From the NCBI GenBank assembly GCA_047602405.1, contig JASGHJ010000001.1, positions 480,001-544,000 of the forward strand: a stretch of 64,000 nucleotides of DNA, given 5' to 3'. Below, in pieces: positions 22,030-35,681 of the stretch. Source of the DNA: Anaeromyxobacteraceae bacterium (GTDB taxonomy: Bacteria > Myxococcota > Myxococcia > Myxococcales > Anaeromyxobacteraceae). A program made the position numbers and the translations under genes. The notes beneath the pieces are model-generated. The model was not told where the DNA came from, did no database searches, and saw only the letters and a program-made list of their open reading frames with translations. The number at the start of each line of letters is the position of its first letter. The first letter of the stretch is position 1.

Positions 22030-22622
22030 GCGACGCCGGCGAGGCCCGCGCGAACGGCCGCGCCGCGCCGGCCGGCTCGCACGCCCTCGCCCGCGCCGAG
22101 CTCGGCGTCGCCGACGCCATCGGCGCGATCATGGAGTTCTGGGGGTTCCGCCGGCAGCTCGGGCGCGTGTGGGCGGTGCTCTTCCTCTCCGACCGGCCGC
22201 TCGCCGCCCCGGAGCTCTGCGACCGGCTGCACATCTCGACCGGGCTCCTCTCGATGAGCCTCGGCGAGCTTCGCCGCTGGGGCGTCGTCCGCAAGGTGGC
22301 GGTGCCGGGCGACCGCAAGGAGCACTTCGAGGCGGAGACGAACGTGTGGCGGATGGTGGCCCGGGTGTTGCGCGAGCGCGAGAAGGTCGCGGTCGAGGGC
22401 GCGCTCGCCACCTTCGAGCGGGCGATCGCCGACCTGCGCGCCGCGACCGCCGACGTGGACCCCGCGGTGAAGGCGGCCGCGCGGTTCAAGCTGAAGCGGG
22501 TCGAGCACCTCGCCGACCTCGCGCGCACCGCCCTCAACCTGCTGCGCATCCTGATCGACTCCGCCCGGGTGGACGCCGGGCCGATCAAGGCGATCTCCGA
22601 CGCGCTGACGCGGCGGCACTGA
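22026..22622 (+). CDS. GbsR/MarR-type winged-helix transcriptional regulator
   Basis: FWGFRRQLGRVWAVLFLS, LSMSLGELRRWGVV, PGDRKEHF. Confidence 0.8.
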   Translation: MSDAGEARANGRAAPAGSHALARAELGVADAIGAIMEFWGFRRQLGRVWAVLFLSDRPLAAPELCDRLHISTGLLSMSLGELRRWGVVRKVAVPGDRKEHFEAETNVWRMVARVLREREKVAVEGALATFERAIADLRAATADVDPAVKAAARFKLKRVEHLADLARTALNLLRILIDSARVDAGPIKAISDALTRRH

Positions 22623-22675
22623 CGCTTTCCGCGACGCGGAGTTGACCGGGCCGCCCGGCGCGGGATGATCCGTGG

Positions 22676-23965
22676 GTGGCGCCGCCCCCGACCCGTGAGC
22701 TCATCGCCCGCCTGACCCAGGGCGCGTTCCTCGACGCGGCCCGGGTGCTCGTCCCCGTGCTCGCCACGCCGGTGGTGGTGCTCACGGTCGTGGTGGAGGT
22801 CCTGACCGGAGCGCCGCTCGAGCCCGTGCTGGTCCAGGTCGGGGCGTTCCTCCTCCTGTCCGGAGGCGCGTTCGTCTTCCGGGGCCGCCCGGACGTCTCG
22901 GCCGGCTGCCTCGTCGCGCTGCTCGCGGCGGAGGGCGCGATCTCCGCCGCCATGTTCGGCCCGCTCGCCGGGAACGGCGCGCTCGTGCTCGCCGCGAGCC
23001 TGCTCGCGCTCGCCTTCTACGGCGCGCCCCGCGGCGTCGTCGCCTCGGCGCTCGCCTTCGGCGTCTACGCGGGCGTCGGCGCGCTCATGGTGGCCGGCGT
23101 CCTCCCCGCGCCGCACCCCGGCGGCGTGGACTTCTCCCGTGCGCTGCCCTGGCTCCGCGTGGCGATGACGCTCGCGGTCGCCATCGCGAGCCTGGGCGCC
23201 CTGCAGGGCATCCTGCACCGGGCGCTCGCGCGGGCGATGGAGCAGGGCGCCGAGGAACGGGCCCGCGCGCTCGCCGCCGCCCGCGAGCGCGAGGAGGCCT
23301 TCCGGGCGCTCTCGTCCGCGCAGCGGGTGGAGTCGATGGGCTACCTCGCGGGTGGGCTCGCGCACGACCTGCGCAACACGCTCACCGTCGTGCTCTCCGG
23401 CGCCCAGGCGCTCCGGGGGCAGCCCCGTCACGCGGCGGAGATCCTCGACGACCTCGAGCGCGCCGCGCGCACCGGCGTGCAGGGTGCGCAGCGGCTCCTG
23501 GCCCTCGCCCGGCCGCCGACCTCCGAGCGGTGCCGCCCCGCCGAGGTGATCGCCAGCCTCGGCCGGCTGCTGGCCCCGGTGCTCCCGCCCGACGTGCGGC
23601 TGCGCGTGGAGGCGCCGGCGACGCGCGAGGTGGCGATTCCCGAGGCCGCGCTCTCGCAGGCGGTGCTCAACCTGGCCGTGAACGCGCGGGACGCCATGCC
23701 GGCCGGGGGCGAGCTGTCGCTGCGGGCGCACGACGACGGCGGCGTGGGCCCGATCGTCGTCGAGGTGACCGACAGCGGGACGGGCATGGACGCCGGGACC
23801 CTCGAGCGCGCCTTCGAGCCGCTCTTCACGACGAAGCCCGGGCACGGCACCGGCCTCGGCCTGCCGATGGTCAAGCGCACCACGGAGGAGGCGGGCGGCT
23901 CGGTCGAGGTGGAGTCGACGCCCGGCCGCGGGACGCGGGTGCGCCTCCTGCTGCCGCTCGCGTGA
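22676..23965 (+). CDS. membrane sensor histidine kinase
   Basis: TM helices; LAGGLAHDLRN H-box, NLAVNARDAM, DSGTGM, FTTK, GTGLGL. Confidence 0.9.
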   Translation: MAPPPTRELIARLTQGAFLDAARVLVPVLATPVVVLTVVVEVLTGAPLEPVLVQVGAFLLLSGGAFVFRGRPDVSAGCLVALLAAEGAISAAMFGPLAGNGALVLAASLLALAFYGAPRGVVASALAFGVYAGVGALMVAGVLPAPHPGGVDFSRALPWLRVAMTLAVAIASLGALQGILHRALARAMEQGAEERARALAAAREREEAFRALSSAQRVESMGYLAGGLAHDLRNTLTVVLSGAQALRGQPRHAAEILDDLERAARTGVQGAQRLLALARPPTSERCRPAEVIASLGRLLAPVLPPDVRLRVEAPATREVAIPEAALSQAVLNLAVNARDAMPAGGELSLRAHDDGGVGPIVVEVTDSGTGMDAGTLERAFEPLFTTKPGHGTGLGLPMVKRTTEEAGGSVEVESTPGRGTRVRLLLPLA

Positions 23966-24188
23966 GGTCAGGCCGCGGGTGACGGTCCAGGCGTCCTTGG
24001 GGGGTCGAGGAGTCGGGCGGCCGGACCGTCAGGGAGGAGACCTCCCCGTGCCCCAACGTGGAGGCACGCGCGCGTGGCTCCAAGATGCGCGCCGCGGTCG
24101 TGGATCGGATCGGGCAGTTCGTCGCAGCCCCACGCGGCCGCGCGTGTCCCATACCAACCGTCAACGACCCACCCGAACGGCTCAGCCC

Positions 24189-25508
24189 TCAGGAGGCGAG
24201 CAGGGCCTCCGCCGCCGCGCTCGCCTCGGCGGCGATGCGGGCCTCGTCCTCGCCCAGCAGGCGGCCCTCGCGGAGCCGCACCTCGCCGTCGACGATCACC
24301 CAGGCGGCCGGTGCCCCGGCCCAGAGCAGCGCGAGGTCGCCCGGCGCGATCGCGGGCGGAGGCGGCGCGGACGGGCGCCACTCCAGCACGACGAGGTCCG
24401 CGAGCGCGCCGGTCTCGATCGCGCCGACGGTGTCGCCCACGAGCTCCGAGGCGAGCCGCGCCGCCGCGGGCCAGGCGAGCCCGCCCACGAGGCCGGCGGC
24501 CGCCGCCGCGCTGCGCTCCGCCTGGCGGAGCCACAGCGCCGCGGCGAGCGCCTCGCCCGCGACGTCCGGGAGGAGCCCGTCGGTGCCGAGCGCGACGGAG
24601 ACGCCCATCGTCGCGAACGCGAGCACCGGCGGCAGCGGCGCGCCCCAGTACGCGGCCGCGCGGGGGGTCAGGGCGAGCGTCGCCCCGGTGGTGGCGAGCG
24701 CGGCGGCCTCGGAGTGGATGGAGGTGCCGGCGTGCGCGACGACCGCGCGAGGCCCGAGGAGCCCGTGCCCGGCCAGCAGGTCGAGCGGCCGCCGCGAGAA
24801 GCGCGAGAAGACGTGGGCGAGGTCGGCCTCGTCCTCGGCGACCGAGGCGAGCAGCCCGTGCTCGGCGGCGTGCGCGGCGAGCTCGTCGAGCACGTCGGGG
24901 TCGACCCCGGAGAGCCCGCCGAGGCCGACGGCCCCGAGCTGCCGCGCGTCCGCCCCGCGGCTCCGCGCGAAGGCGGCGCCGTCCGCGACGTCCGCGCGGC
25001 GGGGCGGCTCGCCGCGCGGCCCGCGCGCCGCGTAGGCGTGCACGGTGCGCAGGCCCACCGGCGCGACACCGCGCGCGACGGCCTCGAGCGCGGCGACGCC
25101 CGCGCCCGGCGGCCCGGACACGAGATCGAGCGCGGTGGTGGTGCCCGCACGGAGCGCGGCGAGCGCGCCCGCCCGGGAGAGTGCGGTGAGCTGCGCCGGC
25201 GTGGCGCGGGCGGCGAGGCGATCCCGGAGGCCCGCGCGCAGATCGGCCACGGTCGCGGGCGGCCGGCCCGGGAGCCCGGCCCGGCGGAGCAGCGCGCCGA
25301 ACGCGAGGTTCGTGTGGGCGTCGACGAGCCCCGCGACGACGAGGCGGCCGTCGGCGTCGACCTCCCAGTCGCCCGGCAGGGAGGGCACCGCGGTCCCGGC
25401 GGGCGCCACGGCCGCGATCCGGCGGCCCTCGACGACGAGGGTGGTCCCGGGCCCGTGCGGTGGGAGGAGCGCGTTGCGGACGACGAGGCGGGCCACGGCG
25501 GCCATCAT
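24189..25508 (-). CDS. amidohydrolase-family (SsnA-like) protein with degenerate metal ligands
   Basis: GLVDAHTN, LGTDG, GAIETGALADLVV, VIVDG. Confidence 0.7.
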   Translation of the reverse strand: MMAAVARLVVRNALLPPHGPGTTLVVEGRRIAAVAPAGTAVPSLPGDWEVDADGRLVVAGLVDAHTNLAFGALLRRAGLPGRPPATVADLRAGLRDRLAARATPAQLTALSRAGALAALRAGTTTALDLVSGPPGAGVAALEAVARGVAPVGLRTVHAYAARGPRGEPPRRADVADGAAFARSRGADARQLGAVGLGGLSGVDPDVLDELAAHAAEHGLLASVAEDEADLAHVFSRFSRRPLDLLAGHGLLGPRAVVAHAGTSIHSEAAALATTGATLALTPRAAAYWGAPLPPVLAFATMGVSVALGTDGLLPDVAGEALAAALWLRQAERSAAAAAGLVGGLAWPAAARLASELVGDTVGAIETGALADLVVLEWRPSAPPPPAIAPGDLALLWAGAPAAWVIVDGEVRLREGRLLGEDEARIAAEASAAAEALLAS

Positions 25509-25600
25509 GGTCCCGGGAGGCCGCGGTTGCCAACGGGGCAGGGCACACCCGGCGGCCAACCTTGCCCACCCCCAGCGGATCGCATAGATAAGGCCCCCTC

Positions 25601-26694
<1,094 letters not shown>

Positions 26695-26698
<4 letters not shown>

Positions 26699-27657
26699 CC
26701 CTTCCTCGTGAACACCAGCACCGCCGGATCGATCTCCGGCGGGAGCAGCATCCGCGAGAGGCGCTCGTCGACGGTCCACGCGAACCCGGTCTGCTCCTCG
26801 TAGGCCTTCCAGTCGCCGGCGGCGTGGCGCTGGCGGCTCCCGAGGACCACGTAGGTCTCGACGTGCGGGGCCTCGAGGATCTTCCGCTCGAAGCGGTTGC
26901 CCGGGGGCGGGAAGGAACACACAACCACCGGCGCCCGGTGGCGCGCGAGCGCGGCCACGGCGTCGAGGCGCTCCACGGACGCCGGGATCCCGGCGCCCTT
27001 CCAGCTGTGGTCGTCGGTGGCGGTGACGGAGACACCCTCCGCCGCGAGGAACCGCGCGAGCGTCCCGTCGCCCGCGGCGACCTCGAGCACCGGACGGCCT
27101 GCGGCGAGCGCCGCGAGCTCCCGCACGAGCGCCCGCGAGTAGAAGCACCAGATGCCGCGCGGCTGCACGAGCGGCATGAGGAGCCGCCGGTCGCCCACGA
27201 GCGGCCAGAGCGCCCGGAACCAGCCGAGCGACGCCGGCCTCCGCGCGAGGCCCTCGCCCTCGAACAGGAGCGCGTTCACGAGCGAGCCCGACCAGCGGCC
27301 CATCCGCACGCTGGCGGAGGCCGTGCCGTCCGACGACCGTCCGGTCGCGGCCGCCTGGAGCGTCCGCTCCACCGCGAGCTTCGCCATCCGGGCCGCGATC
27401 ACCTTCGGCAACGCCTGCTCGAGCACCTCGGGGTTCCCGTGGCTCTTCTTGACCCGCTCGCGCCACGGCGCCGCCGCCGCGAGCGCCCGCTCCACGAACG
27501 CCGCGAGCGCCTCCGGCGAGCGCTTCGCGGAGGCCGCCACGAGCCCCTGCCCCACCTCGCGCCAGAGCGCCGGGTGCGCCTGCATGAGCTCGTCGAGGCT
27601 CGCCTGGTCGACCCGCTCGAGCTCGCGGTGCGTCCGGTCGGATGAGGCCCGCGCCAT
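26695..27657 (-). CDS. hypothetical protein with C-terminal class I SAM-methyltransferase-like domain
   Basis: [12 protein letters not shown]-binding motif followed by ATDD. Confidence 0.6.
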
Positions 27658-27707
27658 CGCCCGGACCTTACCATCCGCCGCGTTTCCAGCTACCTTGCAC
27701 GCCTCCC

Positions 27708-28568
27708 GTGGCCGAGATCTGGACCCCGCTCAAGCTCCTCGCCTGGACGCAGGACTACTTCGCGAAGAAGTCGGTCGACTCGCCCCGGCTCACCGCGGAG
27801 CTGCTCCTCGCCCACGCGCTCGGCTGCGACCGGGTGCGGCTCTACCTCGACTTCGAGAAGCCCATCCAGGAGCCCGAGCTCGCGACCTTCCGCGCGCTCG
27901 TGAAGCGCCGCGCCGACGGGGAGCCGACGGCGTACCTGCTCGGCAAGCGCGAGTTCTTCGGCCACGGCTTCGCGGTCTCACCCGCGGTGCTCGTCCCCCG
28001 CCCCGAGACCGAGGCGCTCGTCGAGGCCGCCCTCGCGGCGCTGCCCAGGGAGGGCCCCGGGAGCGTGCTCGACCTGTGCACCGGCTCCGGCGCCATCGCC
28101 GTCTCGGTCGCGCTCGGCCGGCCCGGCACCCGGGTGGTCGCGACCGATCTCTCGGAGGAGGCGCTGGCGGTCGCCCGGGCGAACGCGGAGAAGCTCGGCG
28201 CCGTGGTCGAGTTCGCCCACGGCGACCTGTGGGCGGCCGTCCACGCCGGCGATCGGTTCGACGTCATCCTCTCCAACCCCCCGTACATCCCCAGCGCCGA
28301 GCTCGCCGGGCTGTCCCGGGAGGTGCGGCGCGAGCCCTGCATTGCGCTCGATGGCGGGCCCGACGGGCTCGACGTCCTGCGCCGGGTGGTCGCAGGTGCG
28401 CCGTCCCGGCTCGCGCCGGGCGGCGTGCTCGCCGTCGAGCTGCACGAGGGCCACGCCGAGAGGGTGGTGGCGCTGTGCAGGGAAGCTGGCTTCGAGCAGG
28501 CGGAGGGGCGGAAGGATCTGGCGGGGCTGCCGCGTTACGTGGTCGCCCGCATGGCGGCCGGGCGGTAG
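27708..28568 (+). CDS. prmC: release factor glutamine methyltransferase
   Basis: [21 protein letters not shown]. Confidence 0.95.
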   Translation: MAEIWTPLKLLAWTQDYFAKKSVDSPRLTAELLLAHALGCDRVRLYLDFEKPIQEPELATFRALVKRRADGEPTAYLLGKREFFGHGFAVSPAVLVPRPETEALVEAALAALPREGPGSVLDLCTGSGAIAVSVALGRPGTRVVATDLSEEALAVARANAEKLGAVVEFAHGDLWAAVHAGDRFDVILSNPPYIPSAELAGLSREVRREPCIALDGGPDGLDVLRRVVAGAPSRLAPGGVLAVELHEGHAERVVALCREAGFEQAEGRKDLAGLPRYVVARMAAGR

Positions 28569-28609
28569 GCCCTGTAGTATCCGCGCGGTTTTCCGGGACC
28601 CAGGAGCTC

Positions 28610-29868
<1,259 letters not shown>

Positions 29869-29872
<4 letters not shown>

Positions 29873-30525
29873 CGGGCGAGCTCATCACGGTGGCCGTGCC
29901 GAAGGGCCGGCTCCTCGAGGAGGCCTCCCTCCTCTTCGAGCGGGCGGTCGGCGTCTCGCCGAAGGCGCTCCTCACGAACACCCGCAGGCTCCGGGCGGAC
30001 GCGCCCGAGGCCGGGCTGTCGTTCATCTCGATCCGGGCCGCCGACGTCGCGACCTACGTCGAGGGCGGCGCCGCGGCGGTGGGCATCGTGGGCCTGGACG
30101 TGCTCCGGGAGGAGCCGCGCGACCTGTACGAGCCGCTCGACCTCGGCATCGGCCGGTGTGCCGTGATCGTGGCCCGCCCGAAGGGGGCGAAGCCCTTGCC
30201 GCGGGGCGTCGCGCCCCGGATCGCGACCAAGTACGTCCAGCTCGCCACCCGGTACTTCGCCGAGCAGGGCCTCCCGGCCGAGATCGTGCCCCTCCACGGC
30301 TCCATCGAGGTCGCCCCCTCGCTCGGCCTCGCCGACGCCATCGTGGACATCACCGAGACGGGCGAGACCCTCAAGGCCAACGGGCTCGTGGTGGAGGAGC
30401 AGGTGCTCGAGGTGACCGCCCGGCTGGTCGTGAACCGGGTGGCCCTGAAGCTCCACGCCGAGCGCCTCCGGCGCCTCATCGGGGCGCTGCGCAAGGCCGT
30501 CGCCGAGCACAGGACCGGGGCGTGA
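29869..30525 (+). CDS. hisG: ATP phosphoribosyltransferase (short form)
   Basis: [29 protein letters not shown]. Confidence 0.93.
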
Positions 30526-30671
30526 AGATCGGCGCCGCGGCGGTTGCCCGTTGAAAGCGCTCGCCTGATCCCGCTAGACTCCCGGTTGCCCCACCTACCC
30601 GGCCGCTCGCTTGTCTCCCGCCTAACGAACGCTCTGTCGTGATGGGTCCCCGAAGGAGGACCTGAATCGTC

Positions 30672-31055
30672 ATGGATTGCCCGCGTTGCTCCGTCGAGCT
30701 CACCGAACTGAAGCAGGACGAGAGCACGATCAACCGCTGCGCCGAGTGCGGTGGTCAGTGGATCGACGTGACGGACCTGAACAAGGTCCTGCTTCACGCG
30801 AACCTGCCCGCGCTCACGTCCATCGCCGGAACGGCGAACCCCGACGAGATCACCGGCGACTGCCCCGCCTGCAACGTGGAGATGGTGGTGGTCGAGGGCG
30901 GTGACAAGAAGTCGATGAGCTACGACACCTGCGAGTCGTGCGGGGGGATCTGGCTCGACGGCGACGAGGACGAGCCCGCCGAGACGATCACCTTCCCGGC
31001 CGCCGAGGGGAACTTCGTCTCCTTCTTCCGGAAGTTCTCGCAGAAGAAGAAGTAG
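30672..31055 (+). CDS. double zinc-ribbon (zf-TFIIB-like) protein
   Basis: two CxxC...CxxCGGxW units; upstream TTGAAA (30551), 18 nt, TAGACT promoter-like site. Confidence 0.8.
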   Translation: MDCPRCSVELTELKQDESTINRCAECGGQWIDVTDLNKVLLHANLPALTSIAGTANPDEITGDCPACNVEMVVVEGGDKKSMSYDTCESCGGIWLDGDEDEPAETITFPAAEGNFVSFFRKFSQKKK

Positions 31056-31063
31056 CCCCTGAT

Positions 31064-31115
31064 CCGTCAGCCCCGAGCATAGGGGCCGCGCAGCGGCCCC
31101 GGAGACGAGGGGCGC
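31064..31115 (+). repeat. REP-like palindromic element, copy B (simple form, between convergent genes)
   Basis: ccgtcagccccgagcatagg-ggccgc-gca-gcggcc-ccggagacgaggggcgc. Confidence 0.7.
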
Positions 31116-31119
31116 CCGC

Positions 31120-31812
31120 TCACCAGCTCCGATCGTCCCGCCACGGGTGGGCCGTGTTGCTGTACCCACGGATCTCCCAGTAGCCGCGGCGATCGTGCGT
31201 GAGCAGCTCGAGCCGGCGCAGCCACTTCGCGCCCTTCCACGCCCACAGCTGCGGCGTGACGATCCGCACCGGCCCGCCGTGCGCGGCCGGGAGCGGCGCG
31301 CCCTCCGCCGTGTGCACGACGAGCACGTCCGGCTTCGTCGCCTCCTCGAGCGGGAGGTTGGTCGAGTAGCCGTCGGCGCCGTGGCACATGAGGTGGGTCG
31401 CGTCGGCGCGGGGGCGGGCGAGCGCGAGCACCGTCTCGAGTGCCACGCCGCCGAGCGCGAGGTCGAGCACCGACCACCCGGTCACGCAGTGGAAGTCCGC
31501 CTCGGCCGCCACCTGCGGCAGCGCGAGGAGGTCGGCCATCGTGATCGTGATCGGCGCCTCGCACGCGCCGTCCACCTCGAGCCGCCAGTCGGCCCGCTCG
31601 ACGAGCGGCGTCTCGCCGAGGTCGAGCACCGGCCAGGAGGTCTTCGAGACGACGTTCTGGTTCGGCGGGCACTGCGGCATGCCGTGGCGGTTACGGGGCC
31701 CGGTCCCGAGCGGCGTGGGGTCGGCGAGCGAGGGGGTCCCCCGCTGCCGCTCCCCGAAGCGCGCCCTCAGCGCCGCCACCGCCTCCGCGATCCGCCGGTC
31801 CCGCTCATCCAC
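31120..31812 (-). CDS. molybdopterin-dependent oxidoreductase (sulfite-oxidase-like)
   Basis: DFHCVTGWS, HGGPVR, WKGAKW, GYWE. Confidence 0.88.
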   Translation of the reverse strand: MDERDRRIAEAVAALRARFGERQRGTPSLADPTPLGTGPRNRHGMPQCPPNQNVVSKTSWPVLDLGETPLVERADWRLEVDGACEAPITITMADLLALPQVAAEADFHCVTGWSVLDLALGGVALETVLALARPRADATHLMCHGADGYSTNLPLEEATKPDVLVVHTAEGAPLPAAHGGPVRIVTPQLWAWKGAKWLRRLELLTHDRRGYWEIRGYSNTAHPWRDDRSW

Positions 31813-32021
31813 AGGCCCACTCTAAGGCCGAGGTCACCCCACGGGGCAGGTCGATGGAGGCGGGGGGGTGAGGGCCGACCCGCCCGCCCGGACGTCCCGG
31901 GCACGGACAGAGGGTCGCGAATGCGGCAAAATCCGAATGGATCGTCAGAGCTTGGGCGATCGCACGGTCCGTTCGTCCCAGGGTCGTTCCGGGCCCGGAA
32001 GTTGCTCCTCGGACCCTCGCG

Positions 32022-34802
32022 ATGAGGCCCCTGCTCGAGTCCACCTGCAAGTCCGTCCTGCGCCGCCGCGAGCTGCTCGCGACGACCGTGCTCGTCCCCT
32101 TCGCCGTCTACTTCGTGATCTTCACGACCGGGCTCACCGGCGAGCAGCTGAAGTGGGTCCTGCCGATCACGGTCCTCGCGGTGGCCGCGACCCGGCTCGG
32201 GAGCGCCGCCCTCACCCGCGGGGCGGTCGCGCGGGTGATCGCGATCGTGGAGCGGGGCGACGCCCGCGCGCCCCGCGAGGCGAAGGTCGCGCTCGCGAAG
32301 CTGCCCTGGGCCGACGCGCTGTTCGCCGCCGGGCGCTGGCCCGCGGGCGTCCTCGTCATCCTCGTGCTCTCCTCGGCCACGGTCGGCCTCACCGGCCTGC
32401 AGGCCGGGACCATCGCCGTCCTCCCGGTGATGCTCTGCCCGTACACCGGGCTCCTCGCCTACTTCATCTCCGAGAACGCCTACGCGCCGCTCATGGAGCG
32501 GGCGCCGCTCGCCGAGGTCCGGCTCACGCGGGCGGAGACCGTCCGGCTCTCGGAGAACGCCCGCCGGCTCTGGATGGCCCTCGGCGTCGGCGTGCTCCCG
32601 GTCACGACGCTCGCCGTGCTCTTCGCGCTCGCCGCGACGGACGCCGCGCAGTTCGACCACCTCCCCATCCACCTCGCCGTGATCGGCGCGCTCACCGCGA
32701 CCGGGCTCGCCATCGTGGTCCGCGAGTCGGCGCTCGGCTCGAACCGCCGCATCGAGGCGCTGGTGGGCGGGATCGAGGCCGTCGCCCGCGGCGACTTCGC
32801 CGCGCGCGAGTGGGGCTCCGGTGCGACGAGCGAGCTCGGGTTCGTCGCGCAGCACCTCGCCGACCTCTCTCGCACCGTCGAGCGCCTCCTCGAGGAGCTC
32901 GGGCAGGTGAGCCGCGCCCAGGCCGCCGGCGACCTCGACGCCGCGCTCCGCGTGGACGCGTTCCAGGGCGCCTACCGCGAGCTCGCCCGCGAGGTGAACG
33001 CGATGGTGGCCGGCCACGTCGCGCTCGAGCGCCGCGCCATGGCGACCTTCACCGACGTCGCGCACGGCGACTTCGGGGCCACGCTCCCGCCGCTCCCCGG
33101 CAAGCAGCGCTTCGTGAACGAGGCGCTCGACGGCGTGCGCGCGGCGCTCCAGGGCCTCGTGGCCGAGCTGACCCGCGTGACGACCGCCCACAAGGCCGGC
33201 GACGTCGACGCCGCGCTCGACGCCGCGCGCTTCCAGGGCGGCTTCCGCGCGATCGCCGAGGGCGTGAACGGCATGGCCGAGGACCAGGCCGAGCTCACGC
33301 GGAAGCTCCTCGCCTGCATCTCGGCCTTCGGCCAGGGCGACTTCGCGGCGCCGCTCGAGCGCTTCCCGGGCAAGAAGGCCGAGGTGAACGAGACGGTCGA
33401 GTACGTCCGCGAGCGGCTCAAGGCGCTCGTCGCCGACGCGCACCGGCTCTCGAGCGCCGCCGTCGAGGGCCGCTTCGGCGAGCGCGCCGACGCCTCGCTG
33501 CACGCCGGCGACTTCCGGAAGATCGTGCAGGGCGTGAACGACACGCTGGACGCGATCCTGAAGCCGGTGAACGAGATCGCCGCGCTCCTCGACGCGCTCG
33601 CCGGGGGGAAGCTCGCGTCCCGGCTCGACGCCTCCCGCTACAGGAACGACGCCCGCGCGCTCGCCGACCGCGTGAACGCCACCGTGGGCGCGCTGCTCGC
33701 CCCGGCCGAGGAGGCGACGAGCGTGCTCGAGGCGCTCGCCCGGCACGACCTCTGCGCCCGGATGCAGGGCGAGTACCGCGGCGACCACGCCCGCATGAAG
33801 GTGGCCGTGAACTCGACCGGCACCTCGCTGCACGACGCGCTCGTGAAGATGTCGGCGGCGGCCCAGGAGGTCTCCCGCGCCGCCTCGCAGATCGCCTCGT
33901 CCTCGCAGTCGGTGGCGAGCGGCGCCACCGAGCAGGCCGCGTCCCTCCAGGAGACGTCCTTCACCGTCGACTCGGTCAAGTCGATGACCGAGCAGGCGGC
34001 CGGGAGCGCCGAGCAGGCGAACGGCGTCGCGCGCTCGGCCCGCGGCGCCGCGCAGGAGGGCGTCGCCGCCATGACCTCGCTCCAGGGCACCATGGGCGGC
34101 ATCAAGCAGAGCGCCGAGGCGACCTCCGCCATCATCCGCGATGTCTCCGAGATCGCGTTCCAGACGAACCTCCTCGCGCTCAACGCCGCCGTCGAGGCCG
34201 CCCGCGCCGGCGACGCCGGCCGCGGCTTCGCGGTCGTCGCCGAGGAGGTGCGCTCGCTCGCGATGCGCGCGAAGGAGGCCGCCCAGCGCACCGAGTCGCT
34301 CATCCGTGAGTCGGTCCGCCAGGCCGCCGACGGCGAGACCGCCGCCGTGAAGACCGCCGGCCAGCTGAAGGGCCTGCTCGACGGCGTCGACAAGGTGAGC
34401 GCCCTCGTGGACGAGATGGCCGCCCTCTCCCGCGAGCAGGCGAGCGGCATCGGGAGCGTGGCCACCGCCGTCGCCGAGATGGACAAGGTGATCCAGCAGA
34501 ACGCCGCGTCGTCCGAGCAGTCGTCGTCCGCGGCGTCCGAGCTCAACTCGCAGGCCGAGGAGCTCGCCGCGATGGTGGCCGGGTTCAAGCTGGAGCGGGG
34601 CCAGGTCGTACCCGCCTCGGGCGCCCTTCCCCCTTCCGTTCGTCCCGAGCGTCCCTCGACTCCGGGCCCGCTTCGCGGGCCCTACGCTCGGGATGAGCGG
34701 CCGGAGACGAGGGACGTCCCCGTCTCAACTCCCACCCGCTACGGCAAGCCCCACGAGTCGTTCCCGATGGAGGACGACCTCTCGACCATCCCGGACTTCT
34801 GA
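32022..34802 (+). CDS. methyl-accepting chemotaxis protein with multiple HAMP domains
   Basis: N-terminal TM bundle, repeated HAMP units, [20 protein letters not shown]. Confidence 0.93.
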   Translation: MRPLLESTCKSVLRRRELLATTVLVPFAVYFVIFTTGLTGEQLKWVLPITVLAVAATRLGSAALTRGAVARVIAIVERGDARAPREAKVALAKLPWADALFAAGRWPAGVLVILVLSSATVGLTGLQAGTIAVLPVMLCPYTGLLAYFISENAYAPLMERAPLAEVRLTRAETVRLSENARRLWMALGVGVLPVTTLAVLFALAATDAAQFDHLPIHLAVIGALTATGLAIVVRESALGSNRRIEALVGGIEAVARGDFAAREWGSGATSELGFVAQHLADLSRTVERLLEELGQVSRAQAAGDLDAALRVDAFQGAYRELAREVNAMVAGHVALERRAMATFTDVAHGDFGATLPPLPGKQRFVNEALDGVRAALQGLVAELTRVTTAHKAGDVDAALDAARFQGGFRAIAEGVNGMAEDQAELTRKLLACISAFGQGDFAAPLERFPGKKAEVNETVEYVRERLKALVADAHRLSSAAVEGRFGERADASLHAGDFRKIVQGVNDTLDAILKPVNEIAALLDALAGGKLASRLDASRYRNDARALADRVNATVGALLAPAEEATSVLEALARHDLCARMQGEYRGDHARMKVAVNSTGTSLHDALVKMSAAAQEVSRAASQIASSSQSVASGATEQAASLQETSFTVDSVKSMTEQAAGSAEQANGVARSARGAAQEGVAAMTSLQGTMGGIKQSAEATSAIIRDVSEIAFQTNLLALNAAVEAARAGDAGRGFAVVAEEVRSLAMRAKEAAQRTESLIRESVRQAADGETAAVKTAGQLKGLLDGVDKVSALVDEMAALSREQASGIGSVATAVAEMDKVIQQNAASSEQSSSAASELNSQAEELAAMVAGFKLERGQVVPASGALPPSVRPERPSTPGPLRGPYARDERPETRDVPVSTPTRYGKPHESFPMEDDLSTIPDF
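34636..34716 (-). repeat. REP-like palindromic element, copy C (nested form, inside MCP coding sequence)
   Basis: reverse complement of 34649-34700 is ccgctcatcccgagcgtagggcccgc-gaa-gcgggcccggagtcgagggacgc. Confidence 0.75.
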
Positions 34803-34864
34803 GCGGAACCCCTTCGCGCGCGCTTGACTCCCGGGGAGCTTCGGGGCAGATCAGGAGCCGCGAC

Positions 34865-34940
34865 GCGGGAATAGCTCAGTTGGTAGAGCATCAGCTTCCC
34901 AAGCTGAGGGTCGCCGGTTCGAACCCGGTTTCCCGCTCCA
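34865..34940 (+). tRNA. tRNA-Gly(CCC)
   Basis: 76 nt cloverleaf: GCGGGAA acceptor, tcagc-TTCCCAA-gctga anticodon arm, GGTTCGAA T-loop, CCA end. Confidence 0.97.
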
Positions 34941-34946
34941 GACTTT

Positions 34947-34985
34947 CCGAGGGGTTCCGTCACCAGGCGGGACCCCTCGGTCGTT
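34947..34985 (+). terminator. hairpin after tRNA-Gly
   Basis: ccgaggggttccg...cgggacccctcgg stem followed by tcgtt. Confidence 0.5.
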
Positions 34986-35120
34986 CTGGACAACCGCGCG
35001 GACAACCTTTTCGCGGGTCTCAGCCGGGAAGCTACGCCCTGATCCCTGCTCGGTGGGTGTGTTCCGGCGGGCGGCCACGGACCGCGCTGAGCAGTGGGCG
35101 GGTCTGATAGTCTCTTCACG

Positions 35121-35677
35121 ATGGGTATCTTGGCGCGCGCAGGCTTGCTGGCTGCTGCCCTCGTGTTGGGGGCTGGCTCTCAGCCCACGACGGGGAGCGA
35201 TCCAGTCGAGACGGTCCGCGAGGTCTACCGCCTGGAAAAGGCGAGTCTGCAGGATGCAGGCCCCTCGCCTCTGTCCGAATCCGAACGGGGCAAGCTCTTC
35301 AGCCAGGTGTTCGTGACGCTCTGGGCCCAGGACGAGAAGTTCATGCGCGTACGACCGGGGACATCGGCAACGTCGTCGGGGACTACGACGTGCTCCTCAA
35401 TGCCCAGGACTACGACGAGACGACGCTCAGTGATCTGCGGCTCACGTTGACCAAGCGCAGCCCGAGCCGCGCCGAGGTCCAAGCGTCATTCCACGTGTTC
35501 GCTCACGAGCCCATTCAGGAGGTCCTCTTCGACCTCGTCGCCCAGGGCGGGCGTTGGGTGATCGACGACATCCGGTCCAAGGGCCACTCGGTCCGGAAGG
35601 CGCTCTCGCGGCCTCGCCCGTGCGTGGAGGGCCTCGACCTCCCGTGTGAGAAGGCCAAGGATCGCTCCGGCAAATGA
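35121..35677 (+). pseudogene. DUF3828/YbjP-like secreted protein, frameshifted near 35357-35360
   Basis: signal peptide, DPVETVREVY, DYDVLLNAQD, LVAQGGRWVIDDI; one extra G in the G4 run joins the frames. Confidence 0.6.
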
Positions 35678-35681
35678 TCCC

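Noticed and set aside
31905..32010. Possible c-di-GMP-I (GEMM) riboswitch upstream of the chemoreceptor (GGCAAA present)
   Set aside because: No GAAA-capped stem or GACGCAAA junction follows; needs a covariance-model search to exclude fully.
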